A stretch of DNA of 64,000 bases. Origin: Sminthopsis crassicaudata (taxonomy: Eukaryota). The translations under genes and the position numbers were made by a program. Below the pieces are notes generated by a model. That model did no database searches, was not told the origin of the DNA, and saw only the letters and a list, made by a program, of their open reading frames with translations. Every line of letters begins with the position of its first letter. The stretch's first letter is position 1. The stretch lies in contig NC_133619.1 of assembly GCF_048593235.1 (NCBI RefSeq), forward strand, positions 589,179,963-589,243,962, given 5' to 3'. Below, piece by piece: positions 1 through 10,780 of the stretch.

Positions 1-499
1 AAATTTCACTGATAGTGGTTTTTGCTATTATATCTGCCAATTCTTTCAGGAACCAAAATAAGACTCTCAGCTAGGTTGATCCCTGGACAACAAATATACT
101 AGACATATATCAGCAGGCCTTAAAATATTAAAAAATTTTCTATCTTTATAGGACTTTCCAGAATTTACAATCTTCTGGCATAATCTTTGAGATTTGAGGG
201 TCACCTCTATACTACAATAAGGCATCAAAGTAGGAATACAAAAAAGATACATATATAAAAGGTTATTTGAATCTAATATAAGCCTTGAACTCATTAAATC
301 AGCAGAATCCTAAGTGTTATCTAAAAATTACTTAAAGAGGACACAGAAAAGCATAGAGATATATAGATGGGTTTGAAAGGTACCCAAGACGACATTTAAT
401 CCCAGCTTTGCCTGAAGTGTGAACACCTCTAGTGATGAAGCAGCCTACTGTTATCAGCCAGCTTTGTTTATTAGGAACTGCTAGTAATGTGTGCCAGGC

Positions 500-3400
500 A
501 CTTCAGCTGTTGTTTTTGGTTTGCCATGGAAGAATCGCCATCTCAATAAAAGCCACAAAGCTTCGCCAATAATTCGAGCTGGATCAATTGTGAGTGCCAA
601 GAAGCCAGGGAAGTACAAGACAAGAAGAAACAAGGTGGGTAATTAACTTGAATTAGATAATTGGACGCCTGCTTGTGGCTTGCTTTTGACTATATTAAGA
701 TGTGGCAGGCATATGCTAACTAATAATTAAAGACAGCTGTGAGGATAGCCGTGTCCTGTCTCGAGGAAAGCCTGGGAGCCTGCTCTAAATAAACTGTCTT
801 TTCAGGAATTTTCAGTGAAGTCAAGAGACTTAACTGGTCACAAGGGTGAGCTAAGCCCTTCACCAAACAAGAAAACAAAAGGTCTAAGGTTCAGACAAAT
901 ATGGAAGACAAGAAAGACAAGTTAGGCTTTGCAGAAATGGTGCCATATTTCCCTTATTTCCTGGGATAAAGAAAAACCTCTATTCTACAAAGTGCCCATT
1001 AGTTTAGATGTTAGTAGAGAAGGTTAAAAAAAAAAAATGAAAAGATGTATCTCTACTCTCCAAATCATCAGGATGAATAAATACTTCCTTGAAAATGTGG
1101 ACTAAAAATTTCAAAGAAGAAATAAACAAGAAAAAAGCTGTCAGAAGGCATCCAAGGGAGTTAGAAGATGAAGAATATGACACAGAAAAGGAAGGACTGA
1201 TGAATATTTAGGCCTAAGTAATAGATAAGAGTTTCTTTTCATAGAGAGGACAAGTTGAGTCATTTTAGTAAGAAACTACTTCTTGTGTTCCAGGGAATAA
1301 TGATGTGATTCTACAGGTCCCATCAAATAAGAGGTGATCCAGTAATGACTAGAGGAATAGATGAGCAGTGATTAGCGATACTGAAAGTGTGTTCTCCTTA
1401 CAAGGTATATAGTTAAGGATGTAACAGGATGCTTTCTGGGATCTTGTTAAAACTGATGATGATTTTTTCCTTCTGGTGAGTCATGTGGGAACAAATGATT
1501 CTATAAAAGGGAATTTTGAGAAGGCAACAAAGGATTATAAAGTGTTTAGGAAAATTTTAACTACTATTGTTAATTGAAGATATTGTGTAGCGTTGATTAA
1601 AGATAGTAAAAAACAAGAGAGAGGTGGTTAATATTCTATCAGAATATTGTCTGAAAAAAAGGATTTGGAATTTTGTACTATGGCTTGAAATATAGGATTG
1701 ATGGTTAGGGATATGACAAGGGCTGGTCATATGTTTGGAGGCCTCCAATTTTAATGAAGAGTTTTAAACTGAAAGGGTAGAAAGACAAGCCTGATATTGG
1801 AGATTAAGAGAAAAAATAGCTAGAAGAGAGGAACAATTATTCATGGGAAACAATATCCAAGAAGATAGGCAGCAATAAAACACATGACCTCAAATATCTA
1901 TACAGAAATCTACAAAAAATGTGGATAACAAAGAAGGAAGTACAGATTAAAAGACAAGAAAGCAAATCTGCCCTCAGACAGGTCAATAAGAATGGGTGAG
2001 ATGGAACTCTTTTTTTTTTTTTTGCCACGGAAGTATATTTTATTTAGAAATAATAAAAAAAGATAAAATGGTGGCTGCATTATGTTGTTTGTTAAGAAGA
2101 TATACTCACTGACAGGAAATCTGGGAATGTATTTGGATAAGATGCAAAAGAAAAAGAAGAGGATTACTGTTGAAGAGACTACCAAAGACCTGGATGGAAA
2201 GGAATTTGATGACTTTGGGAACCAGATAACAAATCCAAATGAAGAATTGTTATTGCAGTGATTTGGAACGGCAGCAATATGGACATCTGCTGGAATTCTT
2301 ATCTGTTAAGAGCCAAGAAACTAAGGAACTATTGGCTTGCATTAATGACAATTTCATCTTTCAAAAGGTAGAAGATAAAATAAGTGATTCTGCTATTCTG
2401 AATGTAGTTTTGACAAAGTGTTCATTGAAGTAATAATAATAGAGATTAAAGGACCTTCCAATGAAAGAGTTAGTGGTAGATAGAAGCTACCATAGATTTT
2501 GAGAAATATTTCAAATGGTTCAGAAAAAAAAAATGGGTAGGATTCAAAACATCTTATATATAAATTAACCCAGGAAGGAAAGAAAACTCTCCAGTATATA
2601 TTAGTGGGCCCAACAAGCATTGATTAGGATTAAAGAGGAAAAAGGAAAAAAAAATTGTATTTTCATAGGGTACTGATCAATCCAAATTTTAAGAAAGAAA
2701 TGTTTAGAAGATGGTAGAAACAAGGCAAATTATAACTAATTATGTATGTAAAAGAGTAGTCTGATGGCCTCAGTAACAGTGTCAGCTACATTTGGGGCAA
2801 AAATTAGATCAAAGAAGGGAGAGGAATGCTGCTTAAGGTAGATGGTCTAAAAATAATAATGGTGAGAAGGCTGGAAATTTCAATGATTATTTTGCTTTTC
2901 TGTTTCTTCCAAAAAGGCTAATGTTCACAATGGGAAGAACAGGACAAAAATAGCTGAGAGGGAGTTGAAAATGATGAATTAAGTGGAAAGTTATTAGGCA
3001 TCAAACTGTCCTCAGTGAGTTCAAGGCATTAAACCCAGAGAAATCATCTTAGGATAAAAAAAATATCCTCCAAACAACAAACAATCTCCTCCCCTTCTTT
3101 CAAAACCTTAGACCCCAAATCCTAGCAAATATGGCCTGCTACATCATGGTCAAACTATTTTTAAAGGACCCTGGAAAATTAGTAGAGAGGTTACAAAACT
3201 GGAAAAGTACAAATGTTTCTGATTTTCAAAAAAGAGAAATATAAACTGTAAGCTAGTGAGCTTGAATCTAGTTCTAGTACAATTATGGAACACTATTAAT
3301 AATATGGTTCTGAGCTTTTAGAAAGGGAAAAAATGACCTGCAAAAACCAGAACAAGTCATATTTGTCTAAACTAATTTCCTTTTTTGACAGAGAATTAGA

Positions 3401-3760
3401 GACTTATAAAATCAGGGGATGCTATAAACATTATATAGTACTGTATACCAAGACAACAGAGAGACAGCAGTGTGTCACAGGGGAAAATATGCTGGATTTT
3501 GAGTCAGAGGACCTGGGTTAAAATTCCAGTTCTTCCTACCATCTAGATGTCTTAAGGGAAAGTCTTTTAACCTCCCTCTGCCTCAGTTTGAATCTCTATA
3601 AAGTCTTGGACTAATGATAACTCTAGATCTCATGACAAGAAATTTCTTCTATGTTATATATGTTTTACTTATACTATAAGAGGAAATTATGTGTTTTAGA
3701 CAATAGTATAGTTAGGTAGGCACAAAACTGGTTGGGTGATTAGATCCAAAAAGAATTGGG
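500..3760 (+). mobile_element. Ancient L3/CR1 LINE relic (ORF1 esterase through ORF2 EN/RT), degraded and interrupted by MIR
   Basis: HVGTND (1482-1499) matches the CR1 ORF1 SGNH-esterase motif. NDNFIFQKVED...SAILNVVLT matches the CR1 endonuclease and SKLISFFDR the RT region. The 5' boundary is uncertain. Confidence 0.65.
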
Positions 3761-3789
3761 TCAGATGTCAAGTTCTTCTGTTTTGTATA

Positions 3790-4600
3790 CACATTTGCTT
3801 CTGATGGATTTCAATGAGCATTTCTTGAGCACGAGGCCTATATTGCCAACTGTCAACTGGATATCCCATCAGTATCTCAAATTCAACATGTCCAAAGAAG
3901 AATTGATTATTTCCCTCCCATCCCCAAATCCATTCCTCTTTCTAAACTTTTCTTGTTTTTATCAAGGATACCATCATCTTTTCCATCACCAGGTTCACAA
4001 CAGTGGAGTCACTCTCAACTTTTCACTCTCCCTTAGCCCCTAAATCCAATTATTTGCTTACAACACTTCTTGAATCCCTCTCCCTTTCTGCACTGAGGTG
4101 GCCAGCACTCTAGTTTTAGCCCTTATCACTTCATCCCTGGACAACTGCAACAGCCCTAATGGTATCTCTGTCTCAAGTCTCTCTCTTCAGTCCTTCAGAT
4201 AGCTGCCAAAGTGTTACTTCCAAAACACAGATAAGACTATCTCATTTCCCTTCTTGATAATTCCAGTGTCTCCCAGATGCCTCTCAAAAGACAAATTCTC
4301 TTTTTGGCACTTAAACCCGTTTTCAAACTTGTTCCAACCCACTTTTCCAGACTTATTAAACATCACTTCTTTTCATTATTCTACAATTCTGTCAAATCAG
4401 CCTTTTTGTTGTTCCCCACAGTGACAACCTGTCTTCTCTCTCCATGTCTGTGCTTAGGCTGGAATGCATTCCTATCTTGCTCTCATCTATCGGAATCTCT
4501 CATTTTGTTCAATGCTCACATTCAGTATAGACTTCTCTACGAAGAGTCTGATCCTCTACTGCTTCTCGCCCAGAAAAGATTTTCTCTAGATACTTGTTAG
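3790..4600 (+). mobile_element. L2 LINE 3' fragment
   Basis: Typical L2 motifs, e.g. ctggatatcccatcagtatctcaaattcaacatgtccaaa and tagactcctctaggaagcc-like 3' sequence. Confidence 0.65.
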
Positions 4601-5294
4601 CAAATGTCAGCATTGGGAATATTGGATTAAACTCAAAATATCATCCAGAGCATACACCTCAGACACATCAGAGTAGCAAATCACTAAATGTCTGTATGTC
4701 ATTAAAATGCTGAGACAGATTTACTGTTTTGAAAAGTAGGTTTTCTCAATGTTCCATCACCATAGAGATACCAGGTCTAGAGGACTTGGCCCATATTAAA
4801 ATGCAGGTTAGCTGGAGACTGATGAATAGGGAATAAAGCCATACAACATGCATGAATTTCATGCATTCTGCATCCATGCAGCCACATGCTCAAAAGACAA
4901 TGAGGTTTGACTAGGAAAGCTCAGGCAATGAACATTACTCCCTATTGAAACCATGCTCTAGGCAGTTCTGCGATTCAACAGGAAGTTTGTTTCCAAGGAC
5001 AATAAAACAATCCTATCAAAACAAAGGTGCTGCTACTCTCCTAGGCCCTGTGGTACTTTAGGACAGAGTCCTCCTGATTCTAGGGGTGGCAGAGGGAAGT
5101 ACAAAGATCCCTCTGCCAAGTGCTCTTGGGATCTCATGTGCACGACTGGATCTATTTCTTTTAAGGCTCTAGTAGAAAATTAAACATCTTGGTGCAAGGC
5201 TCACGGCTTTTCACCGTTAGTGACTACAACTACATTTGGAGAACTATGTATTTGTGGATGGAGATCTAAGACATGCAGCTAAGAGATACCATAC

Positions 5295-5324
5295 CTCTTT
5301 TCCTGTCCACCTCTGTCCATTCAT
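5295..5324 (-). CDS. OSCP1: OSCP1 30-nt micro-exon (DEWTEVDRKR)
   Basis: Minus strand reads gtgtag|ATGAATGGACAGAGGTGGACAGGAAAAGAG|gtatgg. Phase 1-1; with exon 1 it encodes DEWTEVDRKR, the optional 10-aa segment recalled from the long human OSCP1 isoform. Confidence 0.9.
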
Positions 5325-7879
5325 CTACACGAAGCATATAAAAAAAAACAACACCAGTTTATGAGGCAAGGACATTTTTTTTAAATGAAGTTTTTAAGAT
5401 AGCAACTCTAGCTAATTAGCAGGATTGTATTTTTTAAAAAGTTAGCATTTCATGTCTGCCAAGAAAGCTTTGCTTGACTTTTGCATCTTTAAAGGGAAGA
5501 ACAAGCATAATTGACATCTCCTAGGCAGGGCCAGTGCCCACAGAGTATACAGCATTACAAGGTAGTAGCTGGGGAAAGGAGAAGAAAGGTCCAGCAGATT
5601 CAGCTCCCAGAAGATTCCCCTTGGAGGCTCTTTTTTAGTGTCATACAGGCATGCAACATTGAAAATAACTCTTTCTCCATTATGAAGACTATACCATAGA
5701 AGACAGGGGCAAAAAAATAAGACATAAAATAGTGTATATATTCTCCGTGCATTCTCATTTCTTCTACAATTAAGGTTTCCCTTCAGCTAGCTAGAACCTT
5801 TCAGGTTGGGCAATTTGCAAAGTAATAAAATAAGAAGGAAATATCTGTATTTACCAAATTTCCCATTTGCATAGTAAGATGAGTTGAGTAACAAATATAT
5901 TTCTGAATAGAATATTCCCAAGGACAACTGGTCAGACAGATACTCATAGGATCACTCACTCAAAAAAAGAGCCTATCAGGCAAAATTCACTGGATTTGAA
6001 AAGTCCTTGGAAATCCTACTTGTTTTACGTTTGAAGTACTTACAAAATTTCTTTATTCTTTTCTACTGAAGTCTAATGATATTAACCAAAATAGATAAGA
6101 AAATGTTTTTATTTTTAACCTAATTTCCTCAGAGATTTAAATAACTATAGGCAAACAAAATGCAACTATTAAGAAGTTAACAATTATCTTATTATAGACA
6201 GAATGAGTTTTTGATATTATAAAGGGGTATTTTAAACTTTTTGACATATCAATACAAGGAGCTAATTCTAGCCAACAGTGATGCAAGACAACAGTTCATA
6301 ATGACACTCTCCAGTATTATAGTTTATTTAGTAGCAAAGTAATGATATTTTAGAGAATCAACAACTGTAAAATTCACCCCTCTGAGTTATGGTATTCTTA
6401 AGGTGAAAAATTTATGAAGCAGCACCAGGACCCTGCCTTCTCTGAAGCTGAGAGTGATATCTTAGGCATTCTATCAAAGTTTCTTTTATGTTTGCTAAAG
6501 AGGCAGATTTGCATGGTAAGCTTCTGGGAACTCAGAAAATGCTTAAAAGCTGTGGAATTTCTACTCCGTCCATTACATTGCATGCTTGGGAATAAGGTGT
6601 TGCTGTAAAGAACTCATTGTGTCTGAAGGACATTCAGTCTATCTGTTGCTGAGATATCAATAAGTGAGTGAGTAGGGGATGAATGAATGAGTCCGGGACA
6701 ATAAAGCCCATGTTCAGCAGATATCTCTGTGTTGCTGTTTTTATGATCTGTAAACTTTAGAATGCTATTCTCCAGCTGACTTTTTTTTTTTTTTGTCTAG
6801 ATCATGGGATCACAGAATTAAAACTGGGAGGGACCATAAGGGTCGCCTAGTTGTCCCCTCATTTTACAGATGAGGATTCTGGGGCCCAGAGAGTAAAGTC
6901 TCACAGGTAGTGACTAAAACAAACTCCCCATTCTTTTCCCATTGCATTGCACTGTCCTAGGCTTCCCCACATTTTCCACAAGCTGGAATCCCCTAGTAGT
7001 ATTGAGATACCTTAGTGCACATGATAACTATAGAAGACACTCAATAAGTATTGGTTGATTAATTGATCTTAAGAAGACTTTCATTTCCTAGGAAAGAGGG
7101 AAGATATAACATATGACTTTCCTAGATTCTTTCTGGTTCTATTTCTGTGTGTTTGAACTTGAAGTTCTATTCTAAAGAGTACCTTTTAGACTAAGGAATC
7201 CAGAGATGGCCTGGAATCATAAATATAAAAACAGAACCTAACCTAGATAATGCCAACGAGGTGATCCAGTTCTCTGCTTTCTACATTCTTAAAGTCACAG
7301 TGAAGTCATTTAACCTCTCTACAAATGGGTCAGTTTTCCTATAAAATGAACACAAAAATGTGGTAGAAAGTTATTTTTATAAGTGTTTTTAAAGAGAAGA
7401 GAAAACAACATCCTACTCTTGCTTTAAATATTTCACAACATTCAGTGAGCAGCGTTCAAAGATTACTCCATTGAGGTTGAACTTGCTTTCTGTTGAATTC
7501 TGAAACAAAGACCAAACGGAGGAGGAAGCTTGCAGTATATTCTCTGATAATGCTAGACCCGGTCTGGCCTCCATGAAATACATCAAAACTGATAAAGAAA
7601 ATATTACAAGGCTTTTGGGAGGAAAAGTCCAAAATATAACTCCCCCATATGTGTCTGTGTGTATGTATAAAATTTTTGTTGGACACAATAAAAGGCCCCA
7701 TGAATGAAGGGTCTATTGAAAAAGGGTGACAAAAATGTTTTGGTTTTTTTTTTTGGGGGGGGTTGTGGGCAAGGGGAAGCAAGCAAAAAATCTGGGACTC
7801 TTGTAGGACCATAGGTCTAGAACAGACTTCAATGGGCCAACCCTTTTGTTTTATAGATGAAGAAAATGAAGCCTAAGAG

Positions 7880-8443
7880 TGTAAGGGCCCTTTAAATGGG
7901 CGGACACAGTGCATCGGGAGATTGAGGCCCAGAAGTATTAGGACTGCCCTTGGGCGGGATCCTGGCCATATTGAGATAGTTTCGTAATGGGTGACTCTCT
8001 CGCTGATTGGCTGTGTGTGTGACCTCACAGGCCCTATATAAGCCCACTGCAGGCAGCAACCGCCCTCTTTGACCTCCTGCTGTTCACCGTGGCTCACCAG
8101 CCTGGGTGGCCAAGCCAAGATGGGTAGCCGAAAGAGGTAAGGGTTTTGGTAGTGAACACATGGGTCTTCTGACCAGGTGTTCACTCGGGAACCAACAAGT
8201 CAGGGCATCAGTTAAGGCATTATGTGAGTAGGTATAATAAAGGCTTTTAAGATTACACGTGGTTGTTCTTGAGTGCGCTACCGGTTACTAAGCTATAGAT
8301 TCAAGAGATTGTGACCAGAGACCTTAGAAGGCCTCAGAGGAGGCGAGCCGGGTAGAGCTCACACTGCAAAGGACAGTGGTCAAAGGTGCTCTGGTGGGTC
8401 TAGGACAGACTAGTAATTGTAACTGCCAGGAGAGCACGTTACA
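7880..8443 (+). repeat. 5' LTR (564 bp)
   Basis: Starts TGTAAGG and ends GTTACA. GC boxes, inverted CCAAT (8006-8010), TATATAA (8035-8041) and AATAAA (8236-8241). Confidence 0.96.
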
Positions 8444-8445
8444 AA

Positions 8446-8463
8446 TGGCGCCCAACGTGGTGG
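8446..8463 (+). promoter_or_regulatory. Primer binding site, tRNA-Lys(1,2) type
   Basis: TGGCGCCCAACGTGG matches the first 15 of 18 nt of the canonical TGGCGCCCAACGTGGGGC and lies 2 nt after the 5' LTR. Confidence 0.9.
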
Positions 8464-8566
8464 ACGCATCAGAAATTATCAGGTTTTGAAAATATTTAAT
8501 ATTCAGAATTAAGATTCTGAAAGATCCGGTAGAAACGCCACTTAAGAGGGAAGACAGAGAAGCAAT

Positions 8567-9580
8567 ATGGACCCAGGTAAATCTGGGATCAGACTCAAGG
8601 ACACAGCTGAACATAATGCTTATTATATAAAGAGGTTAAAGAGCCAGATGGAAGATCTTTTAACAAAGATCACCACTGAAGAACAGCAGGAAGCTTGTAA
8701 TCAAGCTCCACAAAGGCTATCCCCACACCCAGTAAATAGAGCTAGGAGAGGGAGCAACCTAGAGCTAATGCGATTGTATGACAGTAGAGAGTATAAAATG
8801 CCACAGCAAGAGTTGCTGGAATTGCAGGTTAAACTACAGATGGAGATAGAGAAAGAAGAAAAAGCTAGGTTACTACAGATAGAACAGGAAGAGTTCAAAC
8901 CAGTGGCTGAAACTAAGGAAGGAAATAAACGAATCACATGGACTAAAGTTGTAGAAATTCTTCTTAGCATTTTGTTGGTTTACCTCCTGCATTGTTGTTT
9001 TAAGGAATTTATCCATTACTCTTCCATTGAGAAGAAGTTTAGTTCTTTTTATGTGCAAAGCTCAGGTTTGATTTGGAATCAGCCTTTGGGGGATTTTCCA
9101 ATTCTTCTTCCCTCTGCCTCACCTTCTTGGGCCAAGGGAGAAGGGGGAGGAGGAAAAGGAAGGGCGATAATACCATCAGCACTGCCCATTAATCCATTTA
9201 AAACTCCTGTGTCTTCATTTCAAAAGACAGGAGTAGGCTTTATGCCCCAAGGCAAAAAGGAATTGTGGGGTATTGAGTATAATCAGAAAAGTTTTAAAAA
9301 TACAGTTCAGTTAATTTCTAAGAAACCTTACAGGGACAAGACCTTGCAGTTAGAGAGAGTGGAGTTTTATCCTTGTAAAACTGCTAGGATCGTCTTTGGA
9401 GAGTTGGAACTCCTCTTTTCTTACCTCGTGGATTTTCCACTTCCACAGGTGAGCTTGATTTCCCAACCCCCTACGGGTACTTATAAAACAGTGTCTATGT
9501 CTAGAATGGGTTGGAAAATTGCTGTTTTAATCACTAGAATAAATAGACAGTGTGTGATCTTTGACCCAGGAGGAAAATAA
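8567..9580 (+). CDS. ERV-encoded orphan protein, 337 aa (coiled coil, single TM helix, possible dUTPase-like C-terminal domain)
   Basis: Uninterrupted ATG-started ORF about 100 nt after the PBS, at the gag position. E/Q/K/L-rich heptads at about aa 20-45 and 80-110; hydrophobic VVEILLSILLVYLLHCCF at aa 128-145. No MHR, zinc knuckle, protease or RT motifs seen. Confidence 0.6.
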   Translation: MDPGKSGIRLKDTAEHNAYYIKRLKSQMEDLLTKITTEEQQEACNQAPQRLSPHPVNRARRGSNLELMRLYDSREYKMPQQELLELQVKLQMEIEKEEKARLLQIEQEEFKPVAETKEGNKRITWTKVVEILLSILLVYLLHCCFKEFIHYSSIEKKFSSFYVQSSGLIWNQPLGDFPILLPSASPSWAKGEGGGGKGRAIIPSALPINPFKTPVSSFQKTGVGFMPQGKKELWGIEYNQKSFKNTVQLISKKPYRDKTLQLERVEFYPCKTARIVFGELELLFSYLVDFPLPQVSLISQPPTGTYKTVSMSRMGWKIAVLITRINRQCVIFDPGGK

Positions 9581-9929
9581 TCAGATTTATTGATTCACAC
9601 TCCTGGAGTACAATTCGGTATCAGAAACTCAAACTTTGATTTTTAGGCAAAAGAATTCAGGGATATAGCCGAGTGTTCTAGTAAAGTCATTACTGCCCAG
9701 ACTATCCCCAAGATCTTCTCTTCTAAACAAGAGAAAGGAATTTTGGGATATGTGATTGCTTACAATTTTTAAATTTTGATTTTACATTTTTAAACATTTT
9801 TGATTTTACATCTTCAAAGTATCTTGATTTTACATTTTAAAGTTATTTTGGTCTTACATTTTTAATCTATTTTGGTTTTACATTTTTAAATTCTTTGCCT
9901 TTTACCTTAGCAATGCACTTCGGGCATAC

Positions 9930-10130
9930 ACAGAAAGTGCAGCTAAGTGACAGACTGACTAACTTTTGTCTGACTTTTGTTAATCTTTTTGACAACAACT
10001 TTGTTTCCACTGTGACGTGGAAAGGCCTGGATGGCATTTGGAAAAGCCCAAGTTGGGCCCTGGGGACATTCTTTACTAGGTGCAGATCCAGCAGCAGAGT
10101 TCATCCCCACCAGAGACATTTGTAACCTGG
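9930..10130 (+). pseudogene. Integrase C-terminal remnant (frameshifted)
   Basis: Frames read VTWKGLDGIWK and WGHSLLGADPAAEFIPTRDI, resembling the betaretroviral IN C-terminal pattern VWWKD...W...WGRG...WIPTRH. Confidence 0.55.
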
Positions 10131-10400
10131 GGATCCAAGAGAAGGACCAGACAACAGTCCAGAGAGACCAGCCAGATGTCCGCAGCCCTTCAGACGCTGA
10201 TGGCAGCGATGCCCCTCCTGACCGTGACACCAGAGACAGCAGACACAGTTCCAGTGTTGCAGCTGAAATGGACTGTTTTGGGTGATACGCAATATAAAGA
10301 CTGTAAATGGACAATGGGCCTGCTTGCTTCTCCCGTGGCCACTTGCCATATGGTGGCCTGGGAAGAGGCTTTGCCCTATGCTTTCTATTGAAGGACTATG
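10100..10400 (+). pseudogene. env leader/signal-peptide remnant
   Basis: FVTWGSKRRTRQQSRETSQMSAALQTLMAAMPLLTV resembles the betaretroviral Env leader (PTWG.LKKL....MLLAAL) and overlaps the IN end as expected. Confidence 0.45.
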
Positions 10401-10496
10401 CTTTTAAATTAGTGGGTGAAAAACCAACACACCCACCTGCCATTGTTATTGAGACAATGTTACTGGACATGACTTTGCTTATGTGCACCTGTGAAT

Positions 10497-10780
10497 CTAG
10501 AATTGTTCTAGAATTGTGAAAAGTGCGATAGAGAATTGTGATAAACTAGAATTGTTCTAGGATTGTGAAAAGTGCAATTGAGAATTGTGATAAACTAGAA
10601 TTGTTCTAGGATTGTGACAAGTGCAATAGAGAATTGTGATAAGCTAGAATTGTTCTAGAATTGTGAAAAGTGCAATTGAGAATTGTGATAAGCTAGAATT
10701 GTTCTAGGAGTGTGAAAAGTGCAACAGAAAATTGTAAGAAACTAGAATTGGTCTAGAACTGTGATAAATGTAACTAGAAT
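10497..10780 (+). repeat. 49-bp tandem repeat (about 5.5 copies) inside the ERV
   Basis: Unit CTAGAATTGTTCTAGAATTGTGAAAAGTGCAATAGAGAATTGTGATAAA with minor variants. Confidence 0.92.

Noticed and set aside
1-5294. Next constitutive OSCP1 exon (VLNDIISTMF...)
   Set aside because: Not found by reading; it presumably lies left of the window.
7873-8184. Duplicated 103/119-aa antisense ORFs (also 11050-11409)
   Set aside because: These are simply the two LTR copies read antisense; no coding evidence.
8567-9580. ERV ORF as an MMTV-like superantigen or as Env/syncytin
   Set aside because: No N-glycosylation sequons in the C-terminal part, no signal peptide, furin site or CX6CC motif, and it sits at the 5' (gag) position rather than in the LTR or env position.
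10497-10780. Regular repeat array superficially like a CRISPR
   Set aside because: Units are contiguous with no unique spacers, there are no cas genes, and the context is a eukaryotic ERV.
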